A stretch of 58,112 nt of DNA, taken from assembly GCA_035525655.1 (NCBI GenBank), contig DATLDY010000292.1, positions 1 to 58,112 of the forward strand, given 5' to 3'. Position 1 is the first letter of the stretch. Every line of letters begins with the position of its first letter. The notes under the pieces are model-generated. The model ran no database searches. It was not told where the DNA came from and saw only the letters and a list, made by a program, of their open reading frames with translations. This document shows, in pieces, positions 44,141 to 54,344 of the stretch. The position numbers and the translations under genes are program-made. This DNA comes from Burkholderiales bacterium (GTDB lineage: Bacteria; Pseudomonadota; Gammaproteobacteria; Burkholderiales; SG8-39).

Positions 44141-45204
44141 GCCACGTGCTGGGTCAGCTCGCGCTTGCGCACCGCCGAGGGAAGCAGGCCCGCCGGGCGG
44201 AAGAGCATGACGAGCACCAGCGCCAGCCCGAACAGCAGCATCCGTATGACTTCCGGCTCGATGACCGAGCGGCCGAAAAGCGCATGCTGCACGGGTTCCA
44301 CCGTCCAGCGCAAAAGCTCCGGCGTAAACGACAGCAGCACCGCACCGAGGATCACGCCCCAGATATTGCCCATGCCGCCCAGCACGACCATGGAGACGAC
44401 CATGATCGATTCCACGAGGACGAAACTCTCGGGCGAGATGAACGCCTGGATGGCGGAGAACATGCCGCCTGCGACGCCGCCGAAGGTGGCGCCCATCGCA
44501 AAGGCGAGGAGCTTCAGGCTCGTGGTGTTGATGCCCATCGCGCGCGCCGCGATCTCGTCTTCGCGGATGGCTTCCCAGGCGCGGCCGATGCGCGAGTTCT
44601 GCAGCCGCAGGTTGATCGCGATGACGACGAGCATCACCACGAGGAGAAGGTAGTAGTACTTGATCGGACCGCTGAAGTGCAGGGGGCCGATGGTTTCGGG
44701 CCGTGCCAGGCTGAAGGGCCCGATGGCGAACGGGTCGATGCGAGCTATGCCTTGCGGACCGTTGGTGATGTTCACCGGCCGCGACAGGTTGTTAAGGAAG
44801 ACGCGCACGATCTCGCCGAAACCGAGGGTCACGATGGCGAGGTAGTCGCCGCGCAGCTTAAGGGTCGGGGCGCCGAGCATCACGCCGAAGAGCGCGGCAA
44901 TGGCTGCGCCGATCGGCAGGATGATCCAGAAAGGCAGGTGCAACCCGAAATGCGGGCTCGCGAGCAACGCGTAGGTATAGGCCCCGACCGCGTAGAAGGC
45001 GATATAACCGAGATCGAGCAGGCCGGCGAACCCGACCACGATGTTCAGGCCGAGCGCGAGCAGCACGTAAAGGATGGCGTAGTTCGTAATGCGCACCCAG
45101 GTGGTCCCCACCTGGGCGAGGGCGAAGGGCAGCACGGCAAGCGTCAGCGCGATCAGCGCGCAACCGATCCAAAGGGCTGCGCGATGCTTGCGCCAGTCGG
45201 TCAC
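44137..45204 (-). CDS. livM: branched-chain amino acid ABC transporter permease
   Basis: ORF 44137..45828 trimmed to GTG 45204, a GTGA overlap with the livH stop. 355 aa polytopic protein with LNIVVGFAGLLDLGYIAFYAVGAY. Confidence 0.88.
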
Positions 45205-46187
45205 GCGCGGTCGCCGACGCGCTCGCCGAGCAGGCCCGACGGCCGGAACACGAGCACGAGGATGAGGACCACGAATGCAAACACGTCCTGGTAGTTGGAG
45301 CCGAAGAGGACGAAGTGCCCGCCGTTCTCGCAATCGGCGATACGGCTGGAGAGCCATGCGTACTGGCACAGATCGGTGAAATCGCCGATGTAGCCCGCGC
45401 CAAGCGCCTCCACCAAACCCAGCAGCACGCCGCCGAGCATGGCGCCCGGAACGTTGCCGATGCCGCCCAGCACCGCCGCGGAAAACGCCTTGAGACCGAG
45501 GATCGAGCCCATGGTGTATTGCGCCACGCCGTAGTAAGTGCCATAGAGCACGCCGGCCACCGCGCCCAGCGCCGCGCCGATGAGGAACGTTGCGGCAATC
45601 ACGCGGTTGGCATCGATGCCCATCAGCGCCGCCACCTGCGGGTTCTGCGCCGTCGCGCGCATGGCGGTGCCCAGCCGCGTGCGGTACACCAGGCCCGCCA
45701 GGCCCAGCATCATGGCGAAGCACAGCGCGATGATGGCGATCTGCACGGTGGTGATGCCCGCGGCGCCGAAGAAGAAAAACGTCTCGGTGCGAATGATTTG
45801 CGGGAAGGCGAGGATGTTGCGGCTCCATACCAGCAGCGCCAGGTGCTGCAGGATGATCGACACGCCGATGGCGGTGATGAGCGGGGCAAGCCGCGGGGCG
45901 CGGCGCAGCGGGCGGTACGCCAGCCGCTCCATGGCGTAGCCGACCGCCATGCAGACCGGAATTGCGGCGAGGGTGCCCAGCGTGACCGCCAGCAAAGGCG
46001 GCACGCCGGCGGCAGCGAGGAGCGTGATCACCGTGAAGGCCACCATGGCGCCGATCATCACCACCTCGCCGTGCGCGAAGTTGATCAGCTGAATGATGCC
46101 GTACACCATCGTGTAGCCGAGCGCGACGACGGCGTAGAGGCTTCCCGCGGTGAGGCCGTTCACCAGCTGCTGCAGGAAGGTTTCCAT
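45201..46187 (-). CDS. livH: branched-chain amino acid ABC transporter permease
   Basis: 328 aa. METFLQQLVNGLTAGSLYAVVALGYTMVYGIIQLINFAHGE is a canonical LivH N-terminus. Confidence 0.92.
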   Translation of the reverse strand: METFLQQLVNGLTAGSLYAVVALGYTMVYGIIQLINFAHGEVVMIGAMVAFTVITLLAAAGVPPLLAVTLGTLAAIPVCMAVGYAMERLAYRPLRRAPRLAPLITAIGVSIILQHLALLVWSRNILAFPQIIRTETFFFFGAAGITTVQIAIIALCFAMMLGLAGLVYRTRLGTAMRATAQNPQVAALMGIDANRVIAATFLIGAALGAVAGVLYGTYYGVAQYTMGSILGLKAFSAAVLGGIGNVPGAMLGGVLLGLVEALGAGYIGDFTDLCQYAWLSSRIADCENGGHFVLFGSNYQDVFAFVVLILVLVFRPSGLLGERVGDRA

Positions 46188-46204
46188 TCGCGCGCGCCTA
46201 ATCT

Positions 46205-46232
46205 AAACGACAACGGCACCCGAAGGTGCCGT
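46205..46232 (-). terminator. hairpin with UUCG loop between livJ-like and livH (partial terminator or mRNA stabiliser)
   Basis: Minus strand reads ACGGCACC-UUCG-GGUGCCGU followed by UGUCGUUU. It lies 26 nt after the binding-protein stop. Confidence 0.55.
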
Positions 46233-46257
46233 TTCGTCGATGCGCCAAGATGACTGC

Positions 46258-47556
46258 TTACTTCTTCGCTTCGTCTTTCTTGGCCTCGTCCTTCTTCTCG
46301 GCCGCCGGCGCGGCAGGGGCGGCAGCAGGCGCAGCAGCGGCCGCCTTGGCGAACTCCTCGAACGGAATGGTCTTGCCGCCCTTGATCACCGCCACCGGCG
46401 CGATCTTGCCGCCCTTCATGGTGAAGATGGTCATTTCGGCATCCTTGCGGTCGCCCTTGTCGTCGAACTCGATCTTGCCGGTGGCGCCGCTGTAGCTGAT
46501 TTTCTGCAGCTCCGGCAGATACTTCGCCGGATCGGCCGAGTTGGCTTTCTTCATCGCCTCGATCAGCAGCTTGGCCCCGTCGTAGGTGAACGGCGCGTAG
46601 AGAATCGGGTCGACGTTGAACTTGGCCTTGTAGGCGTCGAGGAATTTCTTGTCCGCGGCCTGCGGCGGAATGCCGGCCTGCGAGCACAGCAGGCCTTCGG
46701 CGGCCTGTCCGGCCAGCTTGGCCATCTCGTCAGTGCAGGCGCCGTCGCCGAAGGAGAACACCGCCTTGATGCCGAGCTCGCGCCCCTGCTTCATGAGGGG
46801 GCCGCCGGTCGCGTCCATGCCGCCGTAGAACACCGCGTCGGGATTGCGGCCCCGCAGCTTGGTGAGCACCGCTTTCCAGTCGGTGGTCTTGTCGGTGCCC
46901 TTTTCACGCGGCAGCACCTTTACGTTCGCCGCCTTGAGCGTCTTCTCCACTTCGTTGGCAATGCCTTCACCGTACGCGGTGGCGTCGTCGATGATCGCCA
47001 CCACCTTGGGCTTGTTGGTCGTGGCGAGGTAGCTTGCAATGGCCGGGCCCTGCTGGTCGTCGCGGCCGACGACGCGGAAGATGTTCTTGAAACCCTGCTC
47101 GGTGAGCTTCGGGTTAGTGGCCGAGCCGCTGATGGCAGGGATGCCGGCCTGGTTGTAGATCGCGGAGGCCGGGATGGTGGTGCCGGAGTTCAGGTGCCCG
47201 ACGATGCCTGCCACCTTGGCATCCACCAGCTTCTGCGCGACGGTGGTGCCGACCTTCGGATCGGCCTGGTCGTCTTCGCCGAGCAACGTGAACTTGGCTT
47301 CCTTGCCGTCGATGGTGATCTTGGCCGCATTGGCCTCGTCGACGGCGAGCCGCGCGCCGTTTTCGTTGTCCTTGCCCAGATGCGCGATGCCGCCGGTGAG
47401 GGGCGCCACGTGTCCGATCTTGATTTCCACGCTCGGCGCGGCGGCCGGCGCCTTGGCTTCGGCCTTGGGTTCGGATTTCGGGGCGGGCTTCTGCTGGCCG
47501 CAGGCAGCGAGCGCAAGCGCCACAGCGGCGGTCATCAGGATCCTGGTGTTTTTCAT
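46258..47556 (-). CDS. branched-chain amino acid ABC transporter substrate-binding lipoprotein (LivJ/K family)
   Basis: ORF trimmed to ATG 47556 (MKNTRILMTAAVALALAACG lipobox). It has a type-I periplasmic binding fold sequence (IKIGHVAPLTGG...). Unusual Ala/Pro/Lys-rich linker and tail. Confidence 0.88.
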   Translation of the reverse strand: MKNTRILMTAAVALALAACGQQKPAPKSEPKAEAKAPAAAPSVEIKIGHVAPLTGGIAHLGKDNENGARLAVDEANAAKITIDGKEAKFTLLGEDDQADPKVGTTVAQKLVDAKVAGIVGHLNSGTTIPASAIYNQAGIPAISGSATNPKLTEQGFKNIFRVVGRDDQQGPAIASYLATTNKPKVVAIIDDATAYGEGIANEVEKTLKAANVKVLPREKGTDKTTDWKAVLTKLRGRNPDAVFYGGMDATGGPLMKQGRELGIKAVFSFGDGACTDEMAKLAGQAAEGLLCSQAGIPPQAADKKFLDAYKAKFNVDPILYAPFTYDGAKLLIEAMKKANSADPAKYLPELQKISYSGATGKIEFDDKGDRKDAEMTIFTMKGGKIAPVAVIKGGKTIPFEEFAKAAAAAPAAAPAAPAAEKKDEAKKDEAKK

Positions 47557-47645
47557 CGTCGTCTCCGGGTGGGTCGAACCGGGCGCGATGATACCGCGGC
47601 GCCGTCGAATCATCACCCTCGGCGGCGCCCGGCGGGGCAGCTACG

Positions 47646-47963
47646 CTACTTCTGCGACAGGATCCACTTCACCAGCGCCTGCACGTCGGCGTCGGGCACC
47701 GACGGGTTGGGCGGCATCGGAATGGTGCCCCAGACGCCGGAGCCGCCCTTCTTGATCTTCTCCGCCAGCTTGGCGGGGGCGGCCTTGTCGGCGCCGTACT
47801 TGGCGGCAACGTCCTTGTAGGCGGGTCCGACCAGCTTCTTGTCGACCGTGTGGCAGGCCAGGCAGTTGTGCTTCTTGGCGAGCGCCTCGCTGGCCTGCGC
47901 CGGGACAGCGAATGCGGCAGTCAGGGCGACGAGCGCGGGGAGCGTGAGGGCAGTGACTTTCAT
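47646..47963 (-). CDS. class I c-type cytochrome (c551/c552-like)
   Basis: 105 aa with a signal peptide. Haem site NCLACH; VGPAYKDVAAKY; distal Met context WGTIPMPPN. Confidence 0.9.
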   Translation of the reverse strand: MKVTALTLPALVALTAAFAVPAQASEALAKKHNCLACHTVDKKLVGPAYKDVAAKYGADKAAPAKLAEKIKKGGSGVWGTIPMPPNPSVPDADVQALVKWILSQK

Positions 47964-48044
47964 GCTTTCTCCTGGGACATTTAAGCCGGTTTCGGCCGAA
48001 GTGTACCGTCTCTAAACGTCCCAGGCGCCGGGATGGTTGACCCG

Positions 48045-48428
48045 CTAGCGGATCGGCCGTGTGAAGGGAAAGATTTTGGTCAGGCCGAGGATGTCGGTGA
48101 TCAGCAGGATCAGGAATACGAAGATGATGGCGCCGATGATGCCGTCGCCGCCCGCCGGCAGCGTGTCGATGCTGCGGGCGAGGCGCGAGACTTCGTCGTC
48201 CGAGAGCGCGGCCAGGCGGGCGCCGACGTCTTCGGCGCGCACGCCGTGCGCTTCGAGCCTGGCGCGCACCTCGGCCCGCTCCAGCATGGCGTTGACGCGG
48301 TCGCGGTCGCCCGCGGCGGCCACTGCGGCGTCGGTGGGCAGCAGCGCGGCATGCACCGGTGCCGATACGCCGGTAACCAGCGTGGACCCGATCAGGAAGG
48401 CTGCGACGAAGCGTCGGAAGGCGTTCAT
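48045..48428 (-). CDS. PA2779-family small membrane-anchored protein
   Basis: 127 aa with a signal peptide. The central region (RVNAMLERAEVRARLEAHGV...LSDDEVSRLA) and the C-terminal hydrophobic segment GIIGAIIFVFLILLITDILG resemble what I recall of the PA2779 family. This is from memory, not searched. Confidence 0.6.
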   Translation of the reverse strand: MNAFRRFVAAFLIGSTLVTGVSAPVHAALLPTDAAVAAAGDRDRVNAMLERAEVRARLEAHGVRAEDVGARLAALSDDEVSRLARSIDTLPAGGDGIIGAIIFVFLILLITDILGLTKIFPFTRPIR

Positions 48429-48481
48429 TTTTTTCTCCGCTTGGATTGTTGAGAGCGGCCCGAGCGTAGCATCGGGGACGC

Positions 48482-49045
48482 ATGCCCGACTATCGCGAAA
48501 TCCTCGATTTCTGGTTCGGCACCGGACCCGAGCGCGGCAAAAGCCACAAGCGCTGGTTCCAGAAGGACGCCGCCTTCGATGCCGAGATCGCCGCGCGCTT
48601 CACCACCCTGTACGAGCTGCTCGCGGGTGGAACAGCCTGGCTCGAGTCCGCCGAGCCTTGCCTCGCGCGCATCGTGGTGCTGGACCAGTTTCCGCGGCAG
48701 ATATTTCGCGGCCAGCCGCGTGCATTCGCAGCCGATCCGCTCGCGCTGCAGGCGGCGAAGCTGGCAGTCGAGCGCGGCTACGACCGGGGCATGCGGCCGG
48801 TGGAGCGCGTGTTCGTTTACCTGCCGTTCGAGCACAGCGAGTCGCTGGCCGACCAGGAGCGCTCGGTGGCGCTGTATCTGCCGCTGAAAGACATCGCCGA
48901 AACCGCCGACACCTACCGCTATGCGGTGGCGCACCGCGACATCATTGCGCGCTTCGGCCGCTTTCCCCACCGCAACGCGATACTTGGGCGGCCGAGCACC
49001 GCGGAGGAAATCGAATTCCTCAAGACTCCCGGCTCATCCTTCTAG
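48482..49045 (+). CDS. DUF924 family protein
   Basis: 187 aa. ILDFWFG...[39 protein letters not shown] are the characteristic DUF924 motifs. Confidence 0.85.
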   Translation: MPDYREILDFWFGTGPERGKSHKRWFQKDAAFDAEIAARFTTLYELLAGGTAWLESAEPCLARIVVLDQFPRQIFRGQPRAFAADPLALQAAKLAVERGYDRGMRPVERVFVYLPFEHSESLADQERSVALYLPLKDIAETADTYRYAVAHRDIIARFGRFPHRNAILGRPSTAEEIEFLKTPGSSF

Positions 49046-50743
49046 GTCGGTTACCGCGCCAAGCGAAGCAGTCGAGACCAGGCGCATGTACTTGGACAGC
49101 AGGCCGGAGGTGTAGCGCGGCTTCGGCGCCTTCCACTTCTTGCGCCGCGCCGCCAGCTCCTTCGCCGGGACGTTGAGCTGGATCAGCCGCTTCTTCGCAT
49201 CGATGGTGATCGAGTCGCCTTCCTTCACCAGGGCGATGGTGCCGCCCACATAGGCCTCGGGGGCGACGTGGCCGACCACCATGCCCCAGGTGCCGCCGGA
49301 GAAGCGCCCGTCGGTGAGCAGGCCCACCGATTCGCCGAGCCCCGGGCCGATCAGCGCGGAGGTCGGCGCCAGCATCTCCTGCATGCCGGGCCCGCCTTTC
49401 GGGCCCTCGTAGCGGATCACCAGCACGTCGCCGGCCTTGATGCGCTTGGCCATGATTGCCCTCATGCAGTCGTTCTCGGAATCGAACACGCGGGCCGGCC
49501 CGGTGATGACCGGATTCTTCAGGCCGGTGATCTTTGCCACGCAGCCCTCGGTGGCGAGGTTGCCCTTGAGGATGGCGAGGTGGCCTTCCCTGTACATGGG
49601 CTTGGACCAGGGGCGGATCACCTCCTGCCCGGCGCGCGGCTCGTCGGGCACATCCTTCAGCATCTCGGCCATGGTCTTGCCGTGGATGGTCATGCATTCG
49701 CCGTGCAGCACGCCGTTCTTCAGCAGGATCTTAAGCACCTGCGGCACGCCGCCCGCACGGTGGAAGTCAACCGCGACGAAGCGGCCCGAAGGCTTGAGGT
49801 CGCACAGCACCGGCACCTTGCGCCGCACGCGCTCGAAGTCGTCGATGGTCCACTTCACGCCGGCGGCGGAAGCAATCGCCAGGTAGTGCAGCACCGCGTT
49901 GGTGGAACCGCCGGTGGCCATGACAAGGGCGACTGCGTTCTCGATCGACTTGCGGGTAATGATGTCGCGCGGCTTGAGATTGCGTTTGACCGCCTCGACC
50001 AGCACTTTCGCCGATTCGGCGGCCGAGTCGGCCTTCTCGCCGTCGGGCGCGGCCATCTGCGAGGAGCCGAGCAGCGACATGCCGAGCGCCTCGAACGACG
50101 AGCTCATGGTGTTGGCGGTGTACATGCCGCCGCAGGCGCCGACGCTGGGGCAGGCGTTCTTCTCGATGCCGGTGAAATCTTCCTGGCTCATCTTGCCGGC
50201 GGCGAAGGCGCCCACCGCCTCGAACGCCGAGACGATGGTCAGGTCCACGCCTTTCCACTTGCCCGGCTTGATGGTGCCGCCGTACACGTAGATACCGGGC
50301 ACGTTCATGCGCGCGATGGCCATCATGCCGCCGGGCATGTTCTTGTCGCAGCCGCCGACGACCAGCACGCCGTCCATTGCCTGGCCGTTCACGCTGGTCT
50401 CGATGGCATCGGCGATCACTTCGCGCGACACCAGCGAATATTTCATCGCCTCGGTGCCCATGCCGATGCCGTCGGTCACCGTAGGCACGCCGAACATCTG
50501 CGGCTTGGCGCCGGCGCCCTCCAGCGCGGACACCGCGCGGTCGACCAGCGGCTGGATGCCGGCATTGCAGGGGTTCATGGTGGAGTGGCCGTTGGCCACG
50601 CCGACGATCGGCTTCTCGAAATCGTTGTCGCCGAATCCGACGGCGCGCAGCATCGCGCGGTTGGGCGAACGCGCCACACCGTGGGTGATGAGTTTCGAGC
50701 GACGATTCGCGGCGGAGGGTTTCGGTTCGTTCCTGGAAGCCAT
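49034..50743 (-). CDS. ilvD: dihydroxy-acid dehydratase
   Basis: The 1172-aa ORF 49034..52552 is trimmed to ATG 50743 (MASRNEPK...[22 protein letters not shown]...). It has the Fe-S ligand context GGCDKNMPG and a C-terminal family match. 569 aa. Confidence 0.95.
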   Translation of the reverse strand: MASRNEPKPSAANRRSKLITHGVARSPNRAMLRAVGFGDNDFEKPIVGVANGHSTMNPCNAGIQPLVDRAVSALEGAGAKPQMFGVPTVTDGIGMGTEAMKYSLVSREVIADAIETSVNGQAMDGVLVVGGCDKNMPGGMMAIARMNVPGIYVYGGTIKPGKWKGVDLTIVSAFEAVGAFAAGKMSQEDFTGIEKNACPSVGACGGMYTANTMSSSFEALGMSLLGSSQMAAPDGEKADSAAESAKVLVEAVKRNLKPRDIITRKSIENAVALVMATGGSTNAVLHYLAIASAAGVKWTIDDFERVRRKVPVLCDLKPSGRFVAVDFHRAGGVPQVLKILLKNGVLHGECMTIHGKTMAEMLKDVPDEPRAGQEVIRPWSKPMYREGHLAILKGNLATEGCVAKITGLKNPVITGPARVFDSENDCMRAIMAKRIKAGDVLVIRYEGPKGGPGMQEMLAPTSALIGPGLGESVGLLTDGRFSGGTWGMVVGHVAPEAYVGGTIALVKEGDSITIDAKKRLIQLNVPAKELAARRKKWKAPKPRYTSGLLSKYMRLVSTASLGAVTDLEG

Positions 50744-50751
50744 GGGGTGTC

Positions 50752-51666
50752 CTATCGGGCGGAGACTGCGCTGGGCCGCGATGATAGCAGCGGGGTGGAA
50801 CGCAGCGCGAGCAGCGCGCCGGCCAGAACGAGTGCGAAGCCGGCGAAATGGTAGGCGTGCACGCGCTCGTGCAGGACAGTGATCGCCAGCAGGCTGGCGA
50901 ATACCGGCATGAAATGAATGCATATTCCCGCGTGCACCGGTCCTGCCCGCTCGGCGCCGTAGCTGTAGGCGACGGTGCCGGCCAGCGTCGGCCCGAGCGC
51001 GATGAACGCCACGATGGTCAGTGTCTGCGCAGAAAATGCCGGGGCGCGATCGAGCAGCACCTCTGCGAGCGCAGCGGGCGCTCCAAGGACCACGCCGAAT
51101 GCGCTCATGCATGCAACGAAGCCGAGCAGGGGCATCGGCGGGCGCCGCGGCAGCAGCAGCGTGTAGAGCGCCCACGTCAGCATGCCCCCGAACGCGTACA
51201 GGTCGCCGCGATCCAGGGATAGCGAGAGCAGTCGTTCCGACGATCCCTGGAACAGCATGACCAATACACCGGTCAGCGACAGGAGAATGCCGGCGATTTC
51301 CCGCGGCACGATGCGGCGCGCGAAGAAAAGCGCGCCGAGCAGCACGATCAGCACCGGAATAGTGGAGTTGAGCAGGCCGACGTTTACCGCGGCCGTGGTC
51401 TCGAGCCCCTTGTAGACCAGCGCGCTCTGCGGGACGTTGGCGAGCAGCGCGAGCGGAAGCAGGATGCGCCAATGGCGCCGGGCGGTGTGCGCCAGCGCGC
51501 GCCGTTGCCGCCACACGAGCGGCGTCAATGCGCACAGGACGAGTACCCAGCGCAGCCAGGAAAGGGTAATCGGGGGGATCTCGGAGCCGACCAGGCGACC
51601 GAGCACCGGATTCGCGCCCCACAGGGCGGCCGCGGCGAGAAGCGCGGCATACGGGGCGTGGCGCAT
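50752..51666 (-). CDS. DMT-superfamily (EamA-like) transporter
   Basis: ORF trimmed to ATG 51666 to avoid overlapping the divergent LysR start. About 10 TM segments in two EamA-type halves. It ends 8 nt upstream of ilvD. Confidence 0.8.
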   Translation of the reverse strand: MRHAPYAALLAAAALWGANPVLGRLVGSEIPPITLSWLRWVLVLCALTPLVWRQRRALAHTARRHWRILLPLALLANVPQSALVYKGLETTAAVNVGLLNSTIPVLIVLLGALFFARRIVPREIAGILLSLTGVLVMLFQGSSERLLSLSLDRGDLYAFGGMLTWALYTLLLPRRPPMPLLGFVACMSAFGVVLGAPAALAEVLLDRAPAFSAQTLTIVAFIALGPTLAGTVAYSYGAERAGPVHAGICIHFMPVFASLLAITVLHERVHAYHFAGFALVLAGALLALRSTPLLSSRPSAVSAR

Positions 51667-51721
51667 GACGGCAGGGTAGGCGCGGGGAGCAACGCGATCC
51701 AATACAATTGCCTCCTGCCTG

Positions 51722-51740
51722 TGATACGCAATGAGTATCA
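51722..51740. promoter_or_regulatory. inverted repeat TGATAC-N7-GTATCA spanning the LysR start codon (candidate autoregulatory box)
   Basis: TGATACgcaATGaGTATCA read directly from the sequence. It lies in the 64-bp divergent EamA/LysR region. Confidence 0.35.
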
Positions 51741-52645
51741 ATCATCCTGAAATCTGGCAATTGCGGTATTTCATCGCGGTGGCCGAGCGCCTGCACTTCG
51801 GCCGGGCGGCGCAGGCGCTGCATATCTCGCAGCCGCCGCTGTCGCGTGCCATCCGCAGCCTGGAGGAGCGCCTCGGCGTCACGCTTTTCGCACGCAATCG
51901 CCGGCGCGTCGAGCTCACGCCGGCGGGCGCCCGGCTGCTCGACGACGCGCGCCGGATGCTGGCCCAGCTGGAACGCACCACGCTCGAGCTGCGCAGCGTG
52001 GCCGCCGGCCAGCTCGAGCGCCTGCGCATCGGCTTCGTCTCGCTGGCCGACTACGGCGTGCTGCCCGGGCTGCTGAAGAGCTACAAGGCAGCGCATCCCG
52101 GCGTCGCGCTGGCGTTGCGCGAAATGCTTTCGCCGGACCAGTCGGCGGCGCTGGCCGCAGGCGAGCTCGATTTCGGGCTGCTGCTGGCGCCGGTGGCGAA
52201 TACGGCGGCGCTCGAGCACGTGGTGGTGCAGCGCGAGCGATTCGTCGCCGCGCTGCCGGCGCAGCATCCGCTCGCCCGCCCCGGAAAGAACCGCCGTACG
52301 GCGTTGGCGATGCGCGAGCTGGCGGGCGAGAGTTTCGTGATGGTGCCGCGCGAGATCGCGCCCGGCCTGTACGATATCGTCACCGGCCTCGCCTCGCGCG
52401 CCGGCTTTTCGCTCAACATCGCCCAGGAAGCCATCCAGATGCAGACCGTTGTCAGCCTCGTGTCGAGCGGCCTTGGCGCTGCAATCGTGCCGGCATCGAT
52501 CGCCAATCTCGGGCGCCGCGGGGTGGTGTACCGGCCCCTCGCCGACAGGCACCCGGCGCTCGAATTGCGGCTGGCGTGGCGGCGCGGCCCGCTGGGCGTT
52601 GCAGCCAGGAGCTTCTTGGCGCAGGCGCGCCGGCTGGCGGGCTAG
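51731..52645 (+). CDS. LysR-family transcriptional regulator
   Basis: 304 aa. N-terminal w[48 protein letters not shown]. Confidence 0.93.
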   Translation: MSINHPEIWQLRYFIAVAERLHFGRAAQALHISQPPLSRAIRSLEERLGVTLFARNRRRVELTPAGARLLDDARRMLAQLERTTLELRSVAAGQLERLRIGFVSLADYGVLPGLLKSYKAAHPGVALALREMLSPDQSAALAAGELDFGLLLAPVANTAALEHVVVQRERFVAALPAQHPLARPGKNRRTALAMRELAGESFVMVPREIAPGLYDIVTGLASRAGFSLNIAQEAIQMQTVVSLVSSGLGAAIVPASIANLGRRGVVYRPLADRHPALELRLAWRRGPLGVAARSFLAQARRLAG

Positions 52646-52647
52646 TC

Positions 52648-53430
52648 ATGCTGGTGCACCCGCAGATCGACCCCATCGCCTTCGCCATCGGCCCGCTCGC
52701 CGTGCGCTGGTACGGGCTGATGTATCTGATCGGCTTTGCCGCCGCGTGGTGGCTGGGTGTGCGGCGTATTCGCCTCGGCCTCGCGCCGATCACGCGCGAG
52801 CAGTTCGACGACCTGATTTTTCTGGCGGTGCTCGGCGTCATCCTCGGCGGCCGGCTGGGTTATGTGCTGTTCTACAAACCTGGCCACTATCTGTCGCACC
52901 CGCTCGAGATTCCGGCGGTATGGCAGGGCGGCATGTCCTTCCATGGCGGCCTGCTTGGCGTGATGGCGGCCATGGCCTTTGCCGCCTGGCGCAAGCGCGT
53001 GTCTTACCTCGCGTTGATGGATTTCATCGCGCCCCTGTGCCCGCTGGGCATCGCGGCCGGGCGCCTGGGCAATTTCATCAACGGCGAGCTGTGGGGGCGT
53101 ACCACCGATGCGCCGTGGGGCATGGTGTTCCGCGGCGCGGGCGAGCAACCGCGCCATCCGTCGCAGCTCTACGAGTTCGCGCTCGAGGGCATCGCGCTGT
53201 TCGTGCTGCTGTGGTGGTTCTCAGCCAAGCCGCGCGCGCGCGGACAGGTGTCCGCGCTGTTCCTCATCGGCTACGGCTGCGCGCGCTTCATCGCCGAGTT
53301 CGGGCGCGAGCCCGATTCGTTCCTTGGCATCCTGGCGCTCGGCATGAGCATGGGCCAGTGGCTTTGCCTGCCGATGATCGCAGGCGGCATCGCGCTGTTC
53401 GCTTGGACGCTACGCTCGAGCCGCTCCTAG
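52648..53430 (+). CDS. lgt: prolipoprotein diacylglyceryl transferase
   Basis: ORF 52576.. trimmed to ATG 52648, giving [30 protein letters not shown]. It also has HGGLLG and [14 protein letters not shown]. 260 aa. 2-nt gap after the LysR stop. Confidence 0.93.
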   Translation: MLVHPQIDPIAFAIGPLAVRWYGLMYLIGFAAAWWLGVRRIRLGLAPITREQFDDLIFLAVLGVILGGRLGYVLFYKPGHYLSHPLEIPAVWQGGMSFHGGLLGVMAAMAFAAWRKRVSYLALMDFIAPLCPLGIAAGRLGNFINGELWGRTTDAPWGMVFRGAGEQPRHPSQLYEFALEGIALFVLLWWFSAKPRARGQVSALFLIGYGCARFIAEFGREPDSFLGILALGMSMGQWLCLPMIAGGIALFAWTLRSSRS

Positions 53431-54344
53431 GCGCGGTCCTGCCGGTGTTCGGGCTGGTGGCGTGCGGCTATGCGGCCGGGCGGCTGCGGCTGGTGAGCCA
53501 GGCCTCCAGCAGCGCACTGAACCAGTTCGTCTACGCCTTCGCGCTGCCGGCGATGCTGTTCCTCGCCGTGTACCGCGGCTCGCTGGAGGAGATCCTCAGC
53601 GGCTGGTTCATCGCAGGCGTGGTGCTGGCGACGCTGGGCACGGCGCTCGCCGGCTTCATCGTGTCGCGCGCCTTCCAGCAAGGAACCACCCCGCAAAGCA
53701 TTTTGCGCGGGCTCAACGCCTCGTTCGCCAATACCGGCTATCTCGGCATCCCGCTGGTGACGGTCGCCTACGGCGAGCGCGCAGCCCTGCCCGCGGCGCT
53801 GGCTACCGTCGCCACCAACATCGTTTCGTTCGCGCTCGCCATCGTTTGCCTCGAGCTTGCCGCCAACCCGCGAGGCGGCGGGGCGCTGCGCGCGCTGGCC
53901 GGCGTGGCGCGCAGCCCGCTCATCTGGCCCATCGCGCTTGCCGTGGCGTTGGTCGCGCTCGATGTGCGGGTGCCGCTGCCGGTGGAACGCTTCGCCGGCC
54001 TGCTCGCGGCGGCGGCTGGCCCGTGCGCATTGTTCGCCATCGGCCTGTTCGTATCGCAGCTATCGATTCGCCAAGGCGCCGCGGCGAGCTGGCCGAGCAC
54101 CGCCCTCAAGCTGGTGCTGCATCCTTTGCTGATGGCCGCGCTCGCCTTCGCACTGCTGCCGATCGACCCCTTCTGGGCCAAGATCGCGGTGGTCTGCGCC
54201 AGCCTGCCGCTGGGCGCCACCGCCTTCGTGCTGTCGCAGCGCTATCAGCTTTTGGAGGAGGAAACCTCCACCGGCGCGGTGCTTTCCACCGTCGCCTCGG
54301 TGCTTACCGTGTCGCTGGTGATGGCGCTGCTGGCGGCGCGCTAA
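53403..54344 (+). CDS. AEC-family (auxin efflux carrier-like) transporter
   Basis: The 631-aa ORF 52449..54344 is read-through over lgt. It is trimmed to the in-frame TTG at 53403, giving (M)[25 protein letters not shown], a typical AEC N-terminus. GTG 53444 is the alternative start. Confidence 0.75.
   Translation: MDATLEPLLGAVLPVFGLVACGYAAGRLRLVSQASSSALNQFVYAFALPAMLFLAVYRGSLEEILSGWFIAGVVLATLGTALAGFIVSRAFQQGTTPQSILRGLNASFANTGYLGIPLVTVAYGERAALPAALATVATNIVSFALAIVCLELAANPRGGGALRALAGVARSPLIWPIALAVALVALDVRVPLPVERFAGLLAAAAGPCALFAIGLFVSQLSIRQGAAASWPSTALKLVLHPLLMAALAFALLPIDPFWAKIAVVCASLPLGATAFVLSQRYQLLEEETSTGAVLSTVASVLTVSLVMALLAAR

Noticed and set aside
49034-52552. 1172-aa ORF that would be a giant ilvD fusion. 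Related over-long ORFs are 350..2506, 34117..35277, 39826..41760, 44137..45828 and 52449..54344.
   Set aside because: Only the C-terminal portions match known families. The upstream parts overlap genes on the other strand or in another frame. I trimmed them to starts supported by signal peptides, family N-termini and ATGA/GTGA coupling overlaps.
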